35,616 nt of DNA from Candidatus Thorarchaeota archaeon (GCA_048882025.1 JBHLSA010000001.1:15520-51135); one strand, 5' to 3'; counted from the stretch's first letter, positions 18,391-26,712 are shown. Numbers and translations: made by a program. The notes: a model not told the origin generated them from the sequence alone.

Positions 18391-18969
18391 TCAAATCTTA
18401 GTAAATGCGATGACATCAATTTTGGTGATAACCCCGATTGGTCGTCCATTTTCTACCACAATTAGGGCATCAACTCCTGAAACCATTTTAGAAAATACTG
18501 ACTCCACACTTTCAGTAATTTCCACCTCTGTGAAGGGAGGATCCATTATCTCTTGAACTGTCAATGTGAACACATTATGTGAATCCATAGCCATCAGTTC
18601 TCTAATAATAGTCCCCTCACTGATAGAACCCACTGACTTGTTCCCTTTTATTACTGGAAGTTGAGAAATTCCGTGACGTTTCATAAGAATTACTGCTCGT
18701 CTGACCCTATCATTTGGACTAATCCATATCAATGGTTGAAGTTTTGTAGTAGCTCGTTTCCATTTTATGAGGTCCCGAATATTTGATCGGGTCTTTTGTT
18801 TCTTTTCGATTTCATTAAGAATACGTTTCAGAGTCATTATACTAGGATTCACTTTACCTTTTTCGATTCGTGCCACCAATGATTGACTAATCCCCACCAG
18901 CTTAGCTAATTGAGCTTGAGTAAGACCTACCTTTTTCCTTAATTCTTGGAGCTCCTTTGGGGTTGGCAT
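18391..18969 (-). CDS. XRE-type HTH plus CBS-domain-pair regulator
   Basis: GLTQAQLAKLVGISQSLVARIEKG is an XRE-type HTH. It is followed by two CBS-like repeats (...HGISQLPV..., ...DALIVVENGRPIGVITKIDV). The start is either the ATG at 18969 or the TTG at 18984. Confidence 0.75.
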   Translation of the reverse strand: MPTPKELQELRKKVGLTQAQLAKLVGISQSLVARIEKGKVNPSIMTLKRILNEIEKKQKTRSNIRDLIKWKRATTKLQPLIWISPNDRVRRAVILMKRHGISQLPVIKGNKSVGSISEGTIIRELMAMDSHNVFTLTVQEIMDPPFTEVEITESVESVFSKMVSGVDALIVVENGRPIGVITKIDVIAFTKI

Positions 18970-19074
18970 ACGAAATTCCGTCAAATAGGCACCTTCTTTA
19001 TTTCATTATATTATGATGATAACTCCAAAAGAATTAATACTCTGCTACCATCGGTGAAAAAGGAGTTGACACCG

Positions 19075-21399
19075 ATGACAGAAATTCAACAAGCAGAAAT
19101 TCGGGTTGTCGGTGTTGTACAAGGAATTGGTTTTCGCCCGTTCATTTATTCTTTGGCCACAGGTCATAACCTGTTAGGTTATGTATTGAATACAGGAAAC
19201 TCTGCTGTACGAGTCGTTGTTGAGGGGGATAAAGATGAAATTATTGATTTCATTGAATCCATTGAAAATAAGAAACCTCATCTTGCTGTAATTGATAGTA
19301 TACGTACTATTTGGCACCCACCAACAGGTGAATACACTAATTTTCAAATCCGTATCTCAAAAGATGAACAAAAAGCAGGCGGCTCAGTAATACCTTCTGA
19401 TATAGCCATTTGTAATGATTGTATCAAAGATATGCAAAACCCCAAATCCCGACACTATCAATACCCAATGACGTGTTGTGCTATTTGTGGACCACGATAC
19501 ACAACAGTCACTGATACTCCGTATGATAGAGAACGTACCACAATGGATGATTTTCCTTTATGTGACAATTGCGAGGCTGAATTTCTCAATCCAATAGATC
19601 GGCGATATAATGCCCAAACAATTTGTTGCCCTACTTGCGGTCCACAATTTCAGCTACTTGAATCAGACGGATCTATCGTTGATACTACAAACGTATTTGA
19701 AAAGACTGTAAATCTATTAAACGATGGCGCAATTGTTGCGATAAAAGGTTTGGGTGGTATACATCTAGCCGTCATGGCTAGTCTTGAAGATCAAATCACA
19801 CGATTACGAATGATTCGAAAAAAACCCCGCAAACCATTAGCCATAATGTCTCCTGATCTGAATACGATTCGCCAATATGCGGAAATCAGTGATACGGCAG
19901 AACAGCTTCTATGTTCATGGAGACGCCCGATTGTTGTTCTTAAGAAATCCCAGCCATTTCCATTAGCCCCATCTCTTGCACCAGGATTAGACACCATTGG
20001 TGTAATGCTCCCCTATTCAGGAATCTATTTACGACTATTTGAAGGGCTCAATGATCTAGCACTTGTTATGACCAGTGCTAATCCCTCTGGGTTACCAACC
20101 ATAATTCAGGCTAGTACCTACCAAAAACAGTTCATGGAAATGGCAGACTATTTTCTCACACATAACCGAACAATATACCAAAGATGTGATGACTCGGTAG
20201 TCATCCCCATTTACGATCGCGGCCTTATTATTCGCCGCTCAAGAGGATTTACACCAGAACCCATTGAAACAGCTGAATTAGGTCCTTCTATTTTGTCATT
20301 AGGTGCATTAGAAAAAAACACAGGAACCATCTATCAAAAGAAACGTATTTTCATGACACAGCATATTGGGGATGTTGATACCATTGAGACCTTAGAATTT
20401 CTCAAAGATAGTCTCTCCCACCTTCAGAAATTACTCCGTGTTTCGACTTTTGAGGCCATAGCTTGTGATCTACATCCAGATTTTTTGACAACAGAATATG
20501 GTGAGAAACTAGCCCAAGAACAAGAAATCCCACTCGTCAAAGTCCAACACCATCATGCTCATCTTGCTTCATTATTAGCAGACTTCCAATTACCATCTAC
20601 AGAAGAGATAATTGCCATTTGCTGTGATGGTGCAGGATTTGGTAACGATAACACCATTTGGGGGGGAGAAATTTTACGTGGATGCGCGCGCAACTTCCAT
20701 CGCACAGCCCATCTTGAACTTCACCCAATGCCGGGTGGTGATCTTGCAGCCAACTATCCGCTTCGAATGCTTATTGGAATTCTTTCAAAGATCTACTCAC
20801 CCACCGAATTGTACAACCTGTTTGAAAATGAAGCCCAAACCGCATTATCTCAAGGCTCCCAAGAATTAGGGATAGCTATTCAGCAAATTAATCAAAACAT
20901 CAATACTCCCTTAACATCCAGCACAGGACGTGTCCTAGACGCACTTTCTGCACTTCTTGGAGTCTCTTACTTCCGAAGTTATGAAGGCCAACCAGCCATT
21001 GAATTTGAAGCCTATGCCAATATGGGGAATATGAATTCACAGATGGATTTTGAAATTCCTGTAAAACAAGAAGGATCCTCCCAAGTTCTGATTACAAGTG
21101 CACTCATTGACCACATTATGAACCTACGCAAGAAATTCAAAGGACAAGATCTCGCATATGCATCACATCAGATTCTCGGAAAAGGCTTAGCCAACTTAGC
21201 GCTTGATTCGGCTCAAAAGCATGGACTGAAAAAGATCGGTTTTTCAGGCGGGGTGGCCTATAACAGAATTTTAACAACAGTCATCCGAGAAACCATTGAA
21301 GCCGAGGGGTACACCTTCCTAATGCATCGCTATGTACCCCCTGGTGACGCAGGAACCTCTGTCGGCCAATCTCTTGTTGCTCGGGCCATGATTCAATAA
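19075..21399 (+). CDS. hypF: [NiFe]-hydrogenase maturation carbamoyltransferase HypF
   Basis: Has an acylphosphatase domain (VVGVVQGIGFRPFIY), two Zn-finger CxxC pairs (CNDC...CAICGPRYT and CDNC...CPTCGP), a YrdC-like domain and a Kae1-like domain. The ATG at 19075 follows GGAG. The longer ORF start overlaps the upstream gene. Confidence 0.9.
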   Translation: MTEIQQAEIRVVGVVQGIGFRPFIYSLATGHNLLGYVLNTGNSAVRVVVEGDKDEIIDFIESIENKKPHLAVIDSIRTIWHPPTGEYTNFQIRISKDEQKAGGSVIPSDIAICNDCIKDMQNPKSRHYQYPMTCCAICGPRYTTVTDTPYDRERTTMDDFPLCDNCEAEFLNPIDRRYNAQTICCPTCGPQFQLLESDGSIVDTTNVFEKTVNLLNDGAIVAIKGLGGIHLAVMASLEDQITRLRMIRKKPRKPLAIMSPDLNTIRQYAEISDTAEQLLCSWRRPIVVLKKSQPFPLAPSLAPGLDTIGVMLPYSGIYLRLFEGLNDLALVMTSANPSGLPTIIQASTYQKQFMEMADYFLTHNRTIYQRCDDSVVIPIYDRGLIIRRSRGFTPEPIETAELGPSILSLGALEKNTGTIYQKKRIFMTQHIGDVDTIETLEFLKDSLSHLQKLLRVSTFEAIACDLHPDFLTTEYGEKLAQEQEIPLVKVQHHHAHLASLLADFQLPSTEEIIAICCDGAGFGNDNTIWGGEILRGCARNFHRTAHLELHPMPGGDLAANYPLRMLIGILSKIYSPTELYNLFENEAQTALSQGSQELGIAIQQINQNINTPLTSSTGRVLDALSALLGVSYFRSYEGQPAIEFEAYANMGNMNSQMDFEIPVKQEGSSQVLITSALIDHIMNLRKKFKGQDLAYASHQILGKGLANLALDSAQKHGLKKIGFSGGVAYNRILTTVIRETIEAEGYTFLMHRYVPPGDAGTSVGQSLVARAMIQ
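19240..19266. repeat. Box-array-like sequence inside the hypF coding region (ATTATTGAT TTCATTGAA TCCATTGAA)
   Basis: Read directly from the sequence. It encodes EIIDFIESIE in the acylphosphatase domain, so it could be a functional site or a coding coincidence. Confidence 0.35.
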
Positions 21400-21442
21400 T
21401 CAGAGAATCAATAAATTGTGTGTTCAGTTAAACAAAACGTAT

Positions 21443-21469
21443 TTCATTTATTTCATTGAATTCATTAAG
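21443..21469. promoter_or_regulatory. Tandem 9-bp boxes (TTCATTTAT TTCATTGAA TTCATTAAG), in phase with the adjacent mini-ORB
   Basis: Read directly from the sequence. It lies upstream of the 21538 wHTH gene and directly abuts TTCCAGTGGAAAT. Confidence 0.6.
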
Positions 21470-21482
21470 TTCCAGTGGAAAT
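21470..21482 (+). promoter_or_regulatory. Mini-ORB (TTCCAGTGGAAAT)
   Basis: Identical to the first 13 nt of the three full ORB elements. Confidence 0.55.
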
Positions 21483-21537
21483 CATCCACAACTAATATAA
21501 ATACCCGATATTTATCTAGACGTAGAGTTGTAGTATC

Positions 21538-21834
21538 ATGGCAGCTACCCGAACAACACAACAATCCTCCTCAAGCACCCAAAAAACTAAAACTCGCCAA
21601 CGAGTTACAACGATTCAACCCCCAGAATCTGCTGATGTAAAGACTTACATTACTGATCTTTTACGTGATGAAGGTGCACTCACTAGGGGAGATATTACGG
21701 TTAAAACAGGAATCCCACGAACTACCGTATATGATACTCTCATGAATCTTCTTATTGCAGGCATTATTGAGAAATATGTTGAAAGAAATGGCCGCCGTGG
21801 AAGACCCTCTGTTTACTATCAATTAGTAGCTTAG
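21538..21834 (+). CDS. Small winged-helix (TrmB/MarR-like) DNA-binding protein with a low-complexity N-terminal tail
   Basis: GALTRGDITVKTGIPRTTVYDTLMNLLIAGIIEK...GRRGRPSVYYQL fits a wHTH. A TATA-like ATATAAATA lies about 35 nt upstream of the ATG. Confidence 0.65.
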   Translation: MAATRTTQQSSSSTQKTKTRQRVTTIQPPESADVKTYITDLLRDEGALTRGDITVKTGIPRTTVYDTLMNLLIAGIIEKYVERNGRRGRPSVYYQLVA

Positions 21835-21846
21835 TAAATAGACAAA

Positions 21847-21866
21847 CCCCTTTATTTCCACTGGAA
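21847..21866 (-). promoter_or_regulatory. Origin recognition box ORB-a (TTCCAGTGGAAATAAAGGGG on the minus strand)
   Basis: The plus strand reads CCCCTTTATTTCCACTGGAA. This matches the archaeal ORB architecture of a dyad TTCCAGTGGAA followed by a G-string. Confidence 0.8.
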
Positions 21867-22051
21867 CTTCTTATTGAATGTATTTTTTGTTACCCTTTCA
21901 GCTAATCGTAAAATGCGCAAAATCAATTTCTAAAACATCAGCATATTGCAACGAGAGAGTGTAAAGTATTTATACAAGGTAGAATGAAAACATTCGGGTA
22001 TTATTCTTCGAATTATATATTTGAACTACCAAACTTCGACAATTCTTCGAC

Positions 22052-22071
22052 TTCCAGTGGAAATAAAGGGG
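22052..22071 (+). promoter_or_regulatory. Origin recognition box ORB-b (TTCCAGTGGAAATAAAGGGG)
   Basis: An exact 20-nt copy, inverted relative to ORB-a. The two dyads face the roughly 185-bp AT-rich spacer between them. Confidence 0.8.
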
Positions 22072-22201
22072 AGTGGTTCGTTTAGTTTTCCTATCAATTG
22101 GGTAGGGCCAGGATCTTCTTGATTTATAATACCTTATAAAAAAAGTTTATAACTATAGTGCGAAATTTTTTGTAATTTAGTAAAATATAGAAGGAGTTAT
22201 C

Positions 22202-22657
22202 CTAGATTCGGGTTGCTAGTATTGCAGCAATTTCTTCTGTGAGTTCTTCGATGTTAACGCGATATTCACGCTGGGCAGCGGATCCGCGTCTGGTAAGGCT
22301 TCCGTCTTTGTGCATACGTGAGAGATATGTTGATGCTGTGGCTAATGGAATTGATGGTTCAAATGTTCTTTCATAAATTTCCTGGACGTCTTTTGAAGTA
22401 AACCAGCCATGGCGGCAATTTCTAAGGACGATATAGCGAACTTTTTGGCGAACACTCCAAGACTCAATGTCTTGGAGTTCTGCTGTTTCAGTGGTTGATC
22501 CATCTGTAGATTCTTTAGTTCCTGTGCCCATAAGGGCAGAAGCGATGGATTCAGTAATTGATGAAGGGAGGCCATCAGTAAAAGTTAGAGTCACATCGCA
22601 GGATTTTCCGTCTATAAAGAGTCCTTCGATAGTTATCTTTTGTTTTCGCTTCTTCAT
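22202..22657 (-). CDS. Hypothetical winged-helix protein encoded between ORB elements
   Basis: The C-terminal half, YIVLRNCRHGWFTSKDVQEIYE...ATASTYLSRMHKDGSLTRRG, looks like a wHTH. The start is either the ATG at 22657 or the GTG at 22672. Confidence 0.5.
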   Translation of the reverse strand: MKKRKQKITIEGLFIDGKSCDVTLTFTDGLPSSITESIASALMGTGTKESTDGSTTETAELQDIESWSVRQKVRYIVLRNCRHGWFTSKDVQEIYERTFEPSIPLATASTYLSRMHKDGSLTRRGSAAQREYRVNIEELTEEIAAILATRI

Positions 22658-22957
22658 CCGTCGATCACCCACTCTAATCTAGCTCTCCTGTCCCAACTAG
22701 GAAGGCGTGTTAACATAAATAAAAGTGTGATGGTGTGAACTAATAGAGTTAGAAATGTTGGAAAGTATCAGAATTACGTGTACCTTTGAGGTTGAGGTAG
22801 TAAGGCGGTTCTTAGTTTCATTGCGGAGTTAATGAATAAATAAGGTTTCTAAGGGCTTATTTGTAAATTTAAAGCGTTTTGTCCATATTTTGATACTGTT
22901 CATGTGTTGTTAACACTATAACATATAAAATGACAAATCTAAGGCTTTAGAAAGGTT

Positions 22958-22977
22958 TTCCAGTGGAAATAAAGGGG
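22958..22977 (+). promoter_or_regulatory. Origin recognition box ORB-c (TTCCAGTGGAAATAAAGGGG)
   Basis: The third exact 20-nt copy, 245 nt upstream of orc1/cdc6 copy 2. Confidence 0.8.
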
Positions 22978-23222
22978 GGAGGTTTTGTTAACTAATCAAG
23001 GTACATAGTATAGTATCAATTCAGAAAAACAGGGTATCATTAGGGTTATTTTCAATTTTATGTTAACATTTATCGCGCCAATTGTGAACAAATTAACCAT
23101 TATTATTTGAAATTAATATTTGAAAGTAGGCTGACATTACGAAACCCTAATATGGAAGATACATCCATTTCCAAAAGAAACGCTAGTGTTTCCTTTGGGA
23201 TTTTCTGGAGGAAGACATCCAA

Positions 23223-24458
23223 ATGGATGAACAAAGACCGCTTGATCGAATCTTTGATAGACTTAGTTCAGGTCCCACTCTCATTCAGGATCGAAAAGTG
23301 TTGTGGCATTCTTATGTTCCTGACGAACTTCCTCACCGGGAAGAACAAATTACACAAATTGGAAGCATTTTAGCAACAGGATTGAAAGGAAGCCGGCCTT
23401 CGAACGTGTTTGTTTACGGAAAACCAGGTACTGGAAAGACTGCTGTTACTCGGTATGTTCTCCGTGAGTTGACAACGAAGTTTGGAGAACTTCAGTTGCC
23501 TTTTAAGGCCGTGTATTTGAATTGTCGAAACGTGGATACCGATTACCGCGTACTCGCTAGAATTTGTGCAGAACTTGGACAAAAGGTGCCATTCACGGGT
23601 TTACCAACCGATGAGGTTCATTCACGATTAATAGAACTATTGGAAAGCCAAGATATCCTGACAATAATTGTGCTCGATGAAATTGATCGTTTAGTGTTAA
23701 AGAGTGGTGATGATACCCTCTATAAGTTAACACGGATTAATTACGAGCTATCTAAGGCAAGTGTTAGTCTAATCGGAATATCAAACGATCTTAGGTTTCC
23801 TGAATATCTAGATCCACGGGTCTTGAGCAGCCTTAGTGAAGAAAAAGTTATTTTCCATCCCTATACAGCCCTACAATTGCAAGATATTCTTCGACGCCGA
23901 AGTTCACATGGTCTGAAAGAAGGTATCTTGGAAGAGCCTGGTGTCATAAATCTCTGTGCTGCTTTAGCAGCTAGAGAGGAAGGAGATGCTCGACGGGCTC
24001 TTGACCTCTTTAGGGTTGCTGTTGAGATTGCTGAACGCGAAGGAAATAAGATGGTTCAAGTGGACCATGTTGAAAAGGCTCGCTTAAGTATTGAACGGGA
24101 CACGGTACTTGAAGTGTTACGCACTTTACCCGTTCAGCAGAAATTAGTTCTCTATGCTGTCTACCTCCTAGAACGACACAAACACCCTCATCCAGTCACG
24201 GGAGAGGTTCAAGACGTTTATGGTGATTTATGCGCGCAGCTAGGTATGGATCCATTAACGCAACGTCGCGTAAGTGACCTCATCAACGATCTTGATGCAA
24301 TTGGAGTTGTTAATGCAAAGGTCGTCAGCAAGGGGCGTTATGGACGTACCAAGATAATCAGATTGAGTGTAACCAAAACAATGGTAGCCGACGTTTTAGA
24401 ACGCGATTCGCGAATAAAAACACTCTCAAGTTATGTTCCTAAATCACTTGGTAAATAA
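23223..24458 (+). CDS. cdc6: Orc1/Cdc6 replication initiator (copy 2, adjacent to the origin)
   Basis: Contains YVPDELPHREEQ, Walker A YGKPGTGKTA, Walker B IVLDEIDRL, EGDARRALDLFR and a C-terminal winged helix (GRYGRTKIIRL). GGAGG lies about 10 nt upstream of the ATG. Confidence 0.9.
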   Translation: MDEQRPLDRIFDRLSSGPTLIQDRKVLWHSYVPDELPHREEQITQIGSILATGLKGSRPSNVFVYGKPGTGKTAVTRYVLRELTTKFGELQLPFKAVYLNCRNVDTDYRVLARICAELGQKVPFTGLPTDEVHSRLIELLESQDILTIIVLDEIDRLVLKSGDDTLYKLTRINYELSKASVSLIGISNDLRFPEYLDPRVLSSLSEEKVIFHPYTALQLQDILRRRSSHGLKEGILEEPGVINLCAALAAREEGDARRALDLFRVAVEIAEREGNKMVQVDHVEKARLSIERDTVLEVLRTLPVQQKLVLYAVYLLERHKHPHPVTGEVQDVYGDLCAQLGMDPLTQRRVSDLINDLDAIGVVNAKVVSKGRYGRTKIIRLSVTKTMVADVLERDSRIKTLSSYVPKSLGK

Positions 24459-24480
24459 TCAAGTCGGTGGTTTCTAGATA

Positions 24481-25056
24481 GTGAAAATTCCCCGAACCCC
24501 TCTTCATTTGGTTGATTATGCTTTTCGTGCACTTGGTAGAGAAAAGCTACCTATTCAACAATTAATTTTTTTCCTGTCCTTTGATATCAGACAAATGCCT
24601 CCTTCGCAAGCTCAGAAATTAGTTCAAGAATTGCAATCAAAAGGGCAGCTAGAAATTGCAAACGGCTTGGTTAAACTAACAACTGAGATTACTCAAGAAC
24701 CTAATAGCAAAGTTACAACGAGTAAAGCAGATTTGGGAGAATTACTTCGCCTTTTTGTAAGCTCATCGCGATTGTCACGAGCTGTTGGTATCAGTGATGA
24801 TGCAATTGAATTCATTCGAGTTGAAAACAATCCCCTACAAATTGAAGCAACGGTTCACGGGTCACAGGACTATGTTCTTAAATTAGATGAAGAAACAAGA
24901 CAAATTACTCATAACTGTCCTGATTGGCGAAAAGTAAGTGTGCTCCATCGATTTTGCAAACATGTAGCTAAGCTATTTCTCCTTATGCAAAAAGATGAAG
25001 CCATTCGGATTTTAAAATCAGTGCAACAAGAATCCTGGGATTTTGATTTGATTTAG
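24481..25056 (+). CDS. Hypothetical protein with a C-terminal SWIM-like zinc-finger motif
   Basis: HNCPDW...HRFCKHVAKL fits an HxC...CxH pattern, resembling the SWIM CxCxnCxH motif. The start is a GTG. The gene converges on, and overlaps by 4 nt, the DP1 gene. Confidence 0.45.
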   Translation: MKIPRTPLHLVDYAFRALGREKLPIQQLIFFLSFDIRQMPPSQAQKLVQELQSKGQLEIANGLVKLTTEITQEPNSKVTTSKADLGELLRLFVSSSRLSRAVGISDDAIEFIRVENNPLQIEATVHGSQDYVLKLDEETRQITHNCPDWRKVSVLHRFCKHVAKLFLLMQKDEAIRILKSVQQESWDFDLI

Positions 25057-26600
25057 ATGAAATTCAAACTTTTCACGTTGAGTGTGTGTAGATTAACTAG
25101 TGGAACAATTCCAGGTGTAGGATCAATGCCTATCAGTTTTTGGTAATCAGTTTGACTTTGAAAGGTTCCTGAATTGATAATGAGTGTTTTTCGATAACTT
25201 CCTACACTGGTTACATGGATGTGTCCACAATGAAGAATGTCAGGAACATCATCAATAACAAGCCAGTCACGGGGTTCAGCAACTATGTTTGTGCTCTTAC
25301 CATATATTGGAGCAAGGTGACGACCTCGAAGCATCTCTCGCATTGCGGCGAATCCTGCTTCAACGTCCGGTTTTGATAGAGCTCCCATGATATCCACCAG
25401 ACTATCACCATGATAAATGAGGAGACTAACCCCATGAAGTGTAATCTGTGATGGACATCCTAGTGAGGTTACTTGTATCCCAGAATCAATTAGAGTAGTA
25501 AGAAATTGGTCTGCTATTGCAGGTCGTGGAACAGCTATTCGTACCCCATCATGATTTCCGGGAGCAATTACAAGGTGGATATGGCTCGGAATATCTTGAA
25601 GGAACTTACAAATTCCATTAAATTGTTCATAGAGATTATGAATAGTAATTTCAGCTAATTGGTTCGGATAAACCCCAATGCCATCGACAAGATCACCATT
25701 AATTACGATATACTTAACGGTGCTGGCTAGATCTATGTGTTCATCATCACCTTCTTTTCCGTTTAGCCAATCGATGACACGTTGAAAGACATTATTCAAG
25801 AAATGTCGACTGCCAAAATGAATGTCAGAAAGAAGTAAAGCACTAATGTTCTCTTTTGCCCGATTATTTCGCCGTTGTGATGGAACATCAGGTAAAAAGA
25901 GATCTTTGACAATCACCATCTCGGAACTAACCGGTGCTCCTTCGACACATAAAATTTGGTCTAATAAAACACTGCGCGCTTTTTGAATTAGATTAGGATC
26001 TCGGTGTTGTACGATAACTGAAATGCTTCCTGTCAAATCTTCTAATTCAATTACAACATTATCATTTTTTGTAAGAGTTTTGTTAGTTACCATTCCGACA
26101 ATTTTTACAGTTCTTTCCTTCGTCTTTCCTTGGTTATTACCTGATTTTGTTACTTCGCTAATGTCAGTTATTCCCTTTCCATCGACGCGCTGTGTAATGA
26201 TTGCTCGGATACGATTATAACGATCTTGAAAATTCGTCACAAAATCCTCAATTGTTCCTTTACTCAGCAATTCCTGAGTTGGGTCCTTCTGGATCTCAAT
26301 CCTAGTTTTAACGCTTTCAGCAATACCCTTTGATGTTACATGAGGAACTGAAAGGCCTTGAAGGCTTTCTTCAGGAACGAGATCCAATTCGTTAGAGCTA
26401 GATGGAGTAGTTTGAAAATGAATGGGTTCAAGAACGGGTGTTTCTGCGGGATGAACAGTATCAGAGGTTAGAAATCGTTGAACCAACTGATTAGGATTGG
26501 GTTCTGATTTTAGCATGTCAAGAGTTGCAGGGCTAATCTGAAAGCCTGCTTTAAGCAACTTTGCAATTGAGGATTGAACATCAGGGTTATCTGTTTGCAC
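25053..26600 (-). CDS. dp1: DNA polymerase D (PolD/Pol II) small subunit DP1
   Basis: Carries Mre11-like phosphoesterase motifs (LLSDIHFGS, INGDLVDG, APGNHD, CGHIH) and an OB-fold segment. The N-terminal AKLLKAGFQISPATLDML domain is also present. The start is a GTG. Confidence 0.85.
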   Translation of the reverse strand: MQTDNPDVQSSIAKLLKAGFQISPATLDMLKSEPNPNQLVQRFLTSDTVHPAETPVLEPIHFQTTPSSSNELDLVPEESLQGLSVPHVTSKGIAESVKTRIEIQKDPTQELLSKGTIEDFVTNFQDRYNRIRAIITQRVDGKGITDISEVTKSGNNQGKTKERTVKIVGMVTNKTLTKNDNVVIELEDLTGSISVIVQHRDPNLIQKARSVLLDQILCVEGAPVSSEMVIVKDLFLPDVPSQRRNNRAKENISALLLSDIHFGSRHFLNNVFQRVIDWLNGKEGDDEHIDLASTVKYIVINGDLVDGIGVYPNQLAEITIHNLYEQFNGICKFLQDIPSHIHLVIAPGNHDGVRIAVPRPAIADQFLTTLIDSGIQVTSLGCPSQITLHGVSLLIYHGDSLVDIMGALSKPDVEAGFAAMREMLRGRHLAPIYGKSTNIVAEPRDWLVIDDVPDILHCGHIHVTSVGSYRKTLIINSGTFQSQTDYQKLIGIDPTPGIVPLVNLHTLNVKSLNFI

Positions 26601-26712
26601 ACTTTATCGCCATCATGCCTAGGTAGTTATCTTTTTTGTAGGGTTCGGTTGGGATGGTATCATAAGGAACTTCGAAGATAAATATCTACAGAACAGATAT
26701 TTGGTGATTATC

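Noticed and set aside
13121-21469. The TTCAWTGAA tandem arrays as a CRISPR array or a MITE
   Set aside because: The units are 9 bp long, directly abutting with no spacers, and there are only 2-4 per site. No cas genes, terminal inverted repeats with target-site duplications, or transposase genes are present.
24805-24822. A box-like sequence, GCAATTGAA TTCATTCGA, inside the SWIM-like gene, and single boxes at 4315, 4437, 9105 and 10204
   Set aside because: These are single or mismatched boxes inside coding sequence, often encoding (D/E)FI. At this AT content a few single 9-mers are expected by chance, so they are not counted as sites.
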